The notes beneath the pieces are model-generated. The model was given only the letters and a program-made list of their open reading frames with translations. It made no database searches and was not told where the DNA came from. DNA of 64,000 nucleotides from contig OZ024741.1 in NCBI GenBank assembly GCA_964016885.1, positions 131,626,001 to 131,690,000 on the forward strand, read 5' to 3'. Shown one piece after another: positions 58,188-64,000 of the stretch. Origin of the DNA: Eledone cirrhosa (Eukaryota). The first letter of the stretch is position 1, and every line of letters begins with the position of its first letter. Both the position numbers and the translations under genes were made by a program.

Positions 58188-58305
58188 ATATATACATGCA
58201 TACATACATGCTAACATACACACATACATACATACATGCATACATACATACATACATACATACATACATACATACATACATACATACATACATACATACA
58301 CACAT

Positions 58306-58913
58306 GGTGGCTGCCAACTCGTTTTCGAGTACGGCCACTACTTCATATCCATGTAGGAGAACCCCTACTGATACGCTGAACGAGTGTGACTTTTTAGTCC
58401 AGCCAGCAACTTGAAAACTCTGGTACAAACATTGCACTTGTGACAATTATTGACACATAGTGCTGGGCCCATGGTACCATGTGAGGACAAGTGCAGAGAG
58501 ATCTCCAGATACAAATCAATGCCTGTGCCGTGAAGCTTTTATAGTGAGCAAAAGCACTGCACAAAGCCAGTCCCACTCTCTTAACCAAGATGATATTTAC
58601 CAAAAAGAAGAACAAGTCAACATCATTGGATAACATCATGGTTGCAGGTGTTATATCAGAGTTTTCCTTCTCCTAGAATTCTGCCTTGACAAAGGCTAAG
58701 GGGTCATCTCTCCCGGTGATTTTGGATGGCCATCGACTCTTAAGAGCTCCTTTGCCCTTTGACAGGTTTTGTTTTTAGTCCTGCAGGATGTCCAAAGTCA
58801 CCCTCCTCACCAAGAAACCTTGGTGGGGTTGCCAGTTTAGTCGCCAACGACCCGACCATGAGACAGGTTGTACTGGGATTCATGTTACCAGTAGCACCAA
58901 CTGGTGACTTGAC
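58306..58913 (-). mobile_element. 608-bp RTE derivative, full copy
   Basis: Reverse-complement match to 30049-30656 with the same length. Confidence 0.85.
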
Positions 58914-58974
58914 ATACATACATGCACACATACACACATACATACATGGATACATACATACATACATACATACA

Positions 58975-59088
<114 letters not shown>

Positions 59089-61182
59089 AATATATACTGT
59101 TGCACCTTTGTCGGTACCGACGACGACTGGTGTAGGTGCTTGAACAATGGTACAGTATAATTGTGAATTTAACCTGTAATTGATTGAGCAATCTATAGAC
59201 ACGTGCATTCTTAGAGTAGATTAACGAAGATTTATCGTGATACAGTGTAAGATGATGATGGTCCTTCGAGTAAAGGATGATGGTCCTTTGAGTAAAGCTC
59301 ATTTTTGCCTGCTAAATGGACTGAAGCAAAGTAAAATAATATACCTTGTTCAAGGACATAATGCTCCACACACCTTTCGATGCATAACAAAAAAACAAAA
59401 ACAAACAGAGTCGCTACCTTCATTGCACCAGGTAAAACAGATTTGGTTTTTCATGAATCAGAAACTTTATGATCTACAGCAAACAACGGATGATAAAAGG
59501 GATGTATCCGTGTTTTCCACTGTCTGTCCATGTCCTATGTGCTCAGGTTTTTGCTTATTATATAAATGTATACATCTTCCTACTTAAATATATATATACA
59601 TATATATATATAGTTAAAACAGAAAAAAAATATAATAACGAAGAGTGCAATACAAAGTGGTAGTATTAGGTTCAGGCTTATATAGTATATGTAGTGGATC
59701 TCTCAGGCGTTTACGAAACGCCATAACAATAGGGTGAAAACACTTAAAAACAGAAAAAAATTAGGCCATCGGCCAATGGCAACTTCTTTTTCCATCATTA
59801 GGGGGTCTTCACGCTATTTTTAAAGTCTTTTATAGCATGAGCTTTTTTGCGCATGATCAAGCCACTCTTTATATACGTTGTGCGTGTGTGTAAACAGTTT
59901 AACCCCAAATCGCTCTAGTTAAATTTCATAAAAGAAAACATTTTTGATCCATTGGATGCGCGATTCTGAATGAAAAGTTTCTCTCAGCTTCTACATATGG
60001 CTGGTTGTCATTGAAGCTCATCCTCATCAGCTGGTTGAGATTACGTGATTACATCAGTGGTTCTTGACTGCTGCTGACTGCTGCTAGGTAGGATTGCTAC
60101 TTACTGATGATTGCTGCAAGTTATATTGATAGATACCGATCTCTATGAAGTAAAAAGCGGATTTAAACCCCACTTGTTCTAGTTAGGAATTCAGTTATTA
60201 TTAAGAATTTCAATTGATATTAGGAAGATTTAATAAATGTTATCGAATTATAGCTAATGACTTACAGTTAGCGTCGTTGGTGGAGAATGGAGAGGAGTTG
60301 ACAGTTCAGTTTTCATGTTAAGGGGCAATATTGAAAGTTAACAGTCAGCAGATAGCTCCGCTTGTGACATAAGAAGAACTGTTCAATTTCCTGTATACTA
60401 TTGTTTTTTGTTTGATTTTTGTAGTTTTTTTTTTTAGATGAGCTATACTTTAAAACACCTTGTGGATATTTGGATGTCTTTAACGAAGTTCACTTTGTTG
60501 CAATATTTCTGACGTCTCTTTACGTACACATTTTCATGAAGATATTGGTCTAATGTTATTCGGGGTAGATTATTGACTATGTAAAGCTCCCCAGCCTGGG
60601 AGTATTGTGGTCCGCCTCATCTCTTCTAACTAATAAAAAATACATCTCCCTTATAATATTCAAACACTACTTTGAAATAGATAAGTTTAAACCTGGCTCC
60701 CATATGACTCACTTATGGCTTGCAGGGTGGCATTAAAATCTCAGCAGTTAATTCATAAGATCACTTTTGTTGCTATTGTTGTATTGAAAGGAAAAGTTAA
60801 CTACGGTGGGATTTGAACCCAGAATGGAAAGGAACATAACTAAATGCTTTTTGTAGTGATATAATGAAAGATTTATTTAAAGAAAAATGTGTTCCTTCCT
60901 CTCCTCTATATTTGATTCTATTGGTATTTCATGTTTCGTTACACATATAACCCTTCCCCATTAACTATGTTCCGATGTAATTCGGAGTCGTCAAACACTG
61001 TTGTGTGGGCTAGGAAAAGTTTTCATGAATAACAAAACATTTTGAATAAACTTTATTCAAAATATTTTTGTTTTTTTTAATGTGGGAGAACACACTGAAT
61101 CTCTGTTGGTGTAACAATAGTTGGTGGATAGTTTTGGGGCAACACACGTTTAGCTTGAAATGTCAAATTGCAAATGTCATTA

Positions 61183-61384
<202 letters not shown>

Positions 61385-61509
61385 TATATATACTGTATAT
61401 ATGCGCACGCACGCACCTAACCACATATATAAACAGGAGTGTGTGTATAACTGTGTAAATGTGTGTAAATATGCACAAGCTGCATTATATATATATATAT
61501 ATATATATT

Positions 61510-61577
<68 letters not shown>

Positions 61578-61941
61578 GATATGTGTGTGTGTGTGTGTGT
61601 GTGGATATGTGTGTGTGTGTGTGTGGATATATGTGTGTGTGCGGGTATATATATATATAAATATATAATAATAATAATAAATCCAAAAGTTTAAAAGGAC
61701 TTATAGTCCATTTAAACTGGTTTTACGTGCGTTTCAACAAATGAAATGTGAAGACTGCAGTTAATTGAAAATGTTCATGTGGTTAAGCAACATTTCTGTA
61801 CATGGATGTACATCTATATGCCAAGATCCAAGTATGAAACCAAAAACTTGTCTGAACATATATTTTCTATATGTCAGATATCTTCAGAAACATTTAAAAA
61901 TACTGCACATTATATGAATCGGTTCAGATAGATGGAACGGG

Positions 61942-63339
61942 TTGACCAGAGCCATACGGACACCCGAAAACCACGATGAACTGAAGAAAATGATTGCACA
62001 TGCGGTAGGGGCCAGCATAAAATTAACCCTTAAGGAACATATGTTCAAATTTAATGGAAAAACATATGCCAAAGAGGAAGGAGCAGCCATTGGTGTTAGC
62101 ATTGCAGGCGACATAGCTAACTTGTTCATGGTATGGTGGGACAGTAGACTTAAACTTAAACTTAAAGAACAATTAGAAGACAGCTTAACCCTGATAATGT
62201 ACTCCCGCTACGTAGATGATATAAACATCGTAGTTAAGACACCCCCACTAGAGAACAGTCAGGAACTAGAGAAAAACACAATGGAAAGCATCCAGCAAAT
62301 AGCAAACTCCATCCACCAGAGCATTAGAGTTACTATAGACTACCCAAGTAGACACCCCAACCATCGATTACCTGTACTAGACACAGAGCTCTGGTTAGAT
62401 ACCATTAACAACCAAAAACAAATCCTCCATTCCCATTATGCCAAACCCATGACTTCCAAACATCTGATCCACCGAAACTCGGCCATTTCGGACCATACCA
62501 AAATCAACATACTGATTGCGGATTTGGTACGGGTGATGAGAAATGTGTCCCGCATGTGCAACCCGGAAGAACTAGAGAGACACATACAACACTTCATCCA
62601 CCGTATGCAGTTCTCTGGCTACAATCAGAGAGATAGAATCAGAGTGTATAGAGGAGCCAGAACCAAATGGGAAAAAATGGTAAATAAGGACATAAATGGG
62701 ACCTGCCCCTTGTATAGGAGCAAATTTTGGAATAGAATAGAAAGAACTAGGAACAAGGCTAATAGAATAAACTCATGGTATGATAGCAATAAATACCAGA
62801 GTGTTATGTTCATCGATACAACCCCTAGAGGCGAACTAGCCTACAAATTTAGAAGGGCCCTAAATAAACATAAACTCAATATTAAGATAGTAGAAAGACC
62901 AGGTACCTCCGTAAAAACACTTATTAGCAAGACATACCCGTTTCAAAGACCCTCATGTATAGATAAGAAATGTATAACCTGTAAAATAAGCCCCCATATT
63001 AACTGTATAACTAGAAATGTAGTGTATAGCATAAGATGTACTGAAGGACAATGTAGAAACAAAAATATAGTGTACATAGGTGAGACAGCTCGTAGTATAG
63101 GGGAACGGATAAATGAACACTGGCGAGACCTTCAAGATAATAAAGAATCATCTGTACTCTACCAACATGCTAAGATAGAACACAAGGGTAAATTAGAGAA
63201 CATAGAAATAAAAATAGAATCTACACACAGAAAAGATGCAATGTTTAGACAAATTACAGAGGCAATAAACATAAAAGAATTACAACCAAAATTAAATAGA
63301 AAATATGAGTGGAACAGCAACATCACAACTTACAATTAA
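61942..63339 (+). CDS. Penelope-like element ORF, 5'-truncated: RT C-terminal half, Cys-rich linker and GIY-YIG endonuclease
   Basis: 465 open codons. RT motifs GAAIGVSIAGDIANLFM, YSRYVDDI and LPVLD; linker CIDKKCITC; GIY-YIG motifs NVVYSIRC...VYIGETARSIGERINEH...EAINIKELQPKLN. Confidence 0.93.
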   Translation: MTRAIRTPENHDELKKMIAHAVGASIKLTLKEHMFKFNGKTYAKEEGAAIGVSIAGDIANLFMVWWDSRLKLKLKEQLEDSLTLIMYSRYVDDINIVVKTPPLENSQELEKNTMESIQQIANSIHQSIRVTIDYPSRHPNHRLPVLDTELWLDTINNQKQILHSHYAKPMTSKHLIHRNSAISDHTKINILIADLVRVMRNVSRMCNPEELERHIQHFIHRMQFSGYNQRDRIRVYRGARTKWEKMVNKDINGTCPLYRSKFWNRIERTRNKANRINSWYDSNKYQSVMFIDTTPRGELAYKFRRALNKHKLNIKIVERPGTSVKTLISKTYPFQRPSCIDKKCITCKISPHINCITRNVVYSIRCTEGQCRNKNIVYIGETARSIGERINEHWRDLQDNKESSVLYQHAKIEHKGKLENIEIKIESTHRKDAMFRQITEAINIKELQPKLNRKYEWNSNITTYN

Positions 63340-63547
63340 GGACAAAATGAAAACTCACACATAGAACAAACAACCAACCAATAACATGTAAATAAATAAA
63401 TAAATAAACAAATAGATAAATGAACATAAACACACACAGACACCCGGATGTGGCGCATGCGCAAACTGAGCACACAACACACACACAGAAACAAAATGGC
63501 GTAGGACAGAAGAAAGAAAAGGCACAGAAACAAAGAAAGGAATCCCC

Positions 63548-63592
63548 AGTCACTGAAGAGGTCACAGAGTGTGTGACGAAAGGACTATGACT
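63548..63592 (+). ncRNA. Minimal type I hammerhead ribozyme motif
   Basis: agtca-CTGAAGA-g-gtcaca(gagtg)tgtgac-GAAA-ggac-TA-tgact: 5-bp stem I, 6-bp stem II, 1-bp stem III, with one extra G after A9. Confidence 0.75.
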
Positions 63593-63803
63593 ATATATAA
63601 ACAACTATCTGGTTGTGGAACCAACCAACCAACCAGAAATTTATAAATTTGTAAATTTGTAAATTTATAAATATATAATAAATTGAAGTGAAAGCAACTG
63701 GTGCGTGTGTTTCTTATTGGCAACATGACCCTCCCAAAGTATAACAATATCGGTTTCAACACACGATTTCAGATAAAGAATCTTGCTAAACAAATTCAGA
63801 AAG

Positions 63804-63908
<105 letters not shown>

Positions 63909-64000
63909 TAACCGATCTCTCGGTCTTTTACAAAGTGTTGAAGGGATACATTTAATATGAAGTGGTGTGCTCATGTGTGGAGATGCTACAAAATAGCTTA

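Larger units (their letters stand above)
61940..63785 (+). mobile_element. Penelope-like retroelement (ORF plus 3' pseudo-LTR region with hammerhead motif)
   Basis: The ORF is followed by an A-rich 3' region containing a hammerhead motif and ends next to (TA)n. Parts of the 3' region recur at 56565-56700 and 17880-17930. Boundaries are approximate. Confidence 0.85.

Noticed and set aside
61942-63339. Selenocysteine recoding in the PLE ORF
   Set aside because: There is no in-frame TGA in the retained part and I could not identify a SECIS by eye.

Overview
This is AT-rich, microsatellite-saturated animal DNA, not prokaryotic. The SINE families and the density of (TA)n, (CA)n, (GA)n and (TATG)n arrays suggest an octopus or other coleoid cephalopod (inference). 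I can support only one host coding exon: the first coding exon of an SLC1A/EAAT glutamate transporter (45603-46141, +), whose remaining exons were not found in the window. The rest is mobile DNA. It includes a 5'-truncated but open Penelope-like element (RT + GIY-YIG), several R4/Dong-type RLE LINE fragments in (TAA)n or (TATG)n, RTE LINE 3' fragments with (GAA)n tails, about six non-autonomous Helitrons and more than 30 tRNA-derived SINE copies. There is also a 608-bp bipartite RTE derivative present four times. The most interesting signal is a set of short non-coding foldback elements next to (TA)n arrays that look like MITEs but carry type I hammerhead ribozyme motifs with palindromic stem III. 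One motif is complete (17188-17258) and another follows the Penelope ORF (63548-63592). Together they suggest a Penelope-mobilised, ribozyme-bearing non-autonomous system. All calls were made by eye; no database search or folding program was run.
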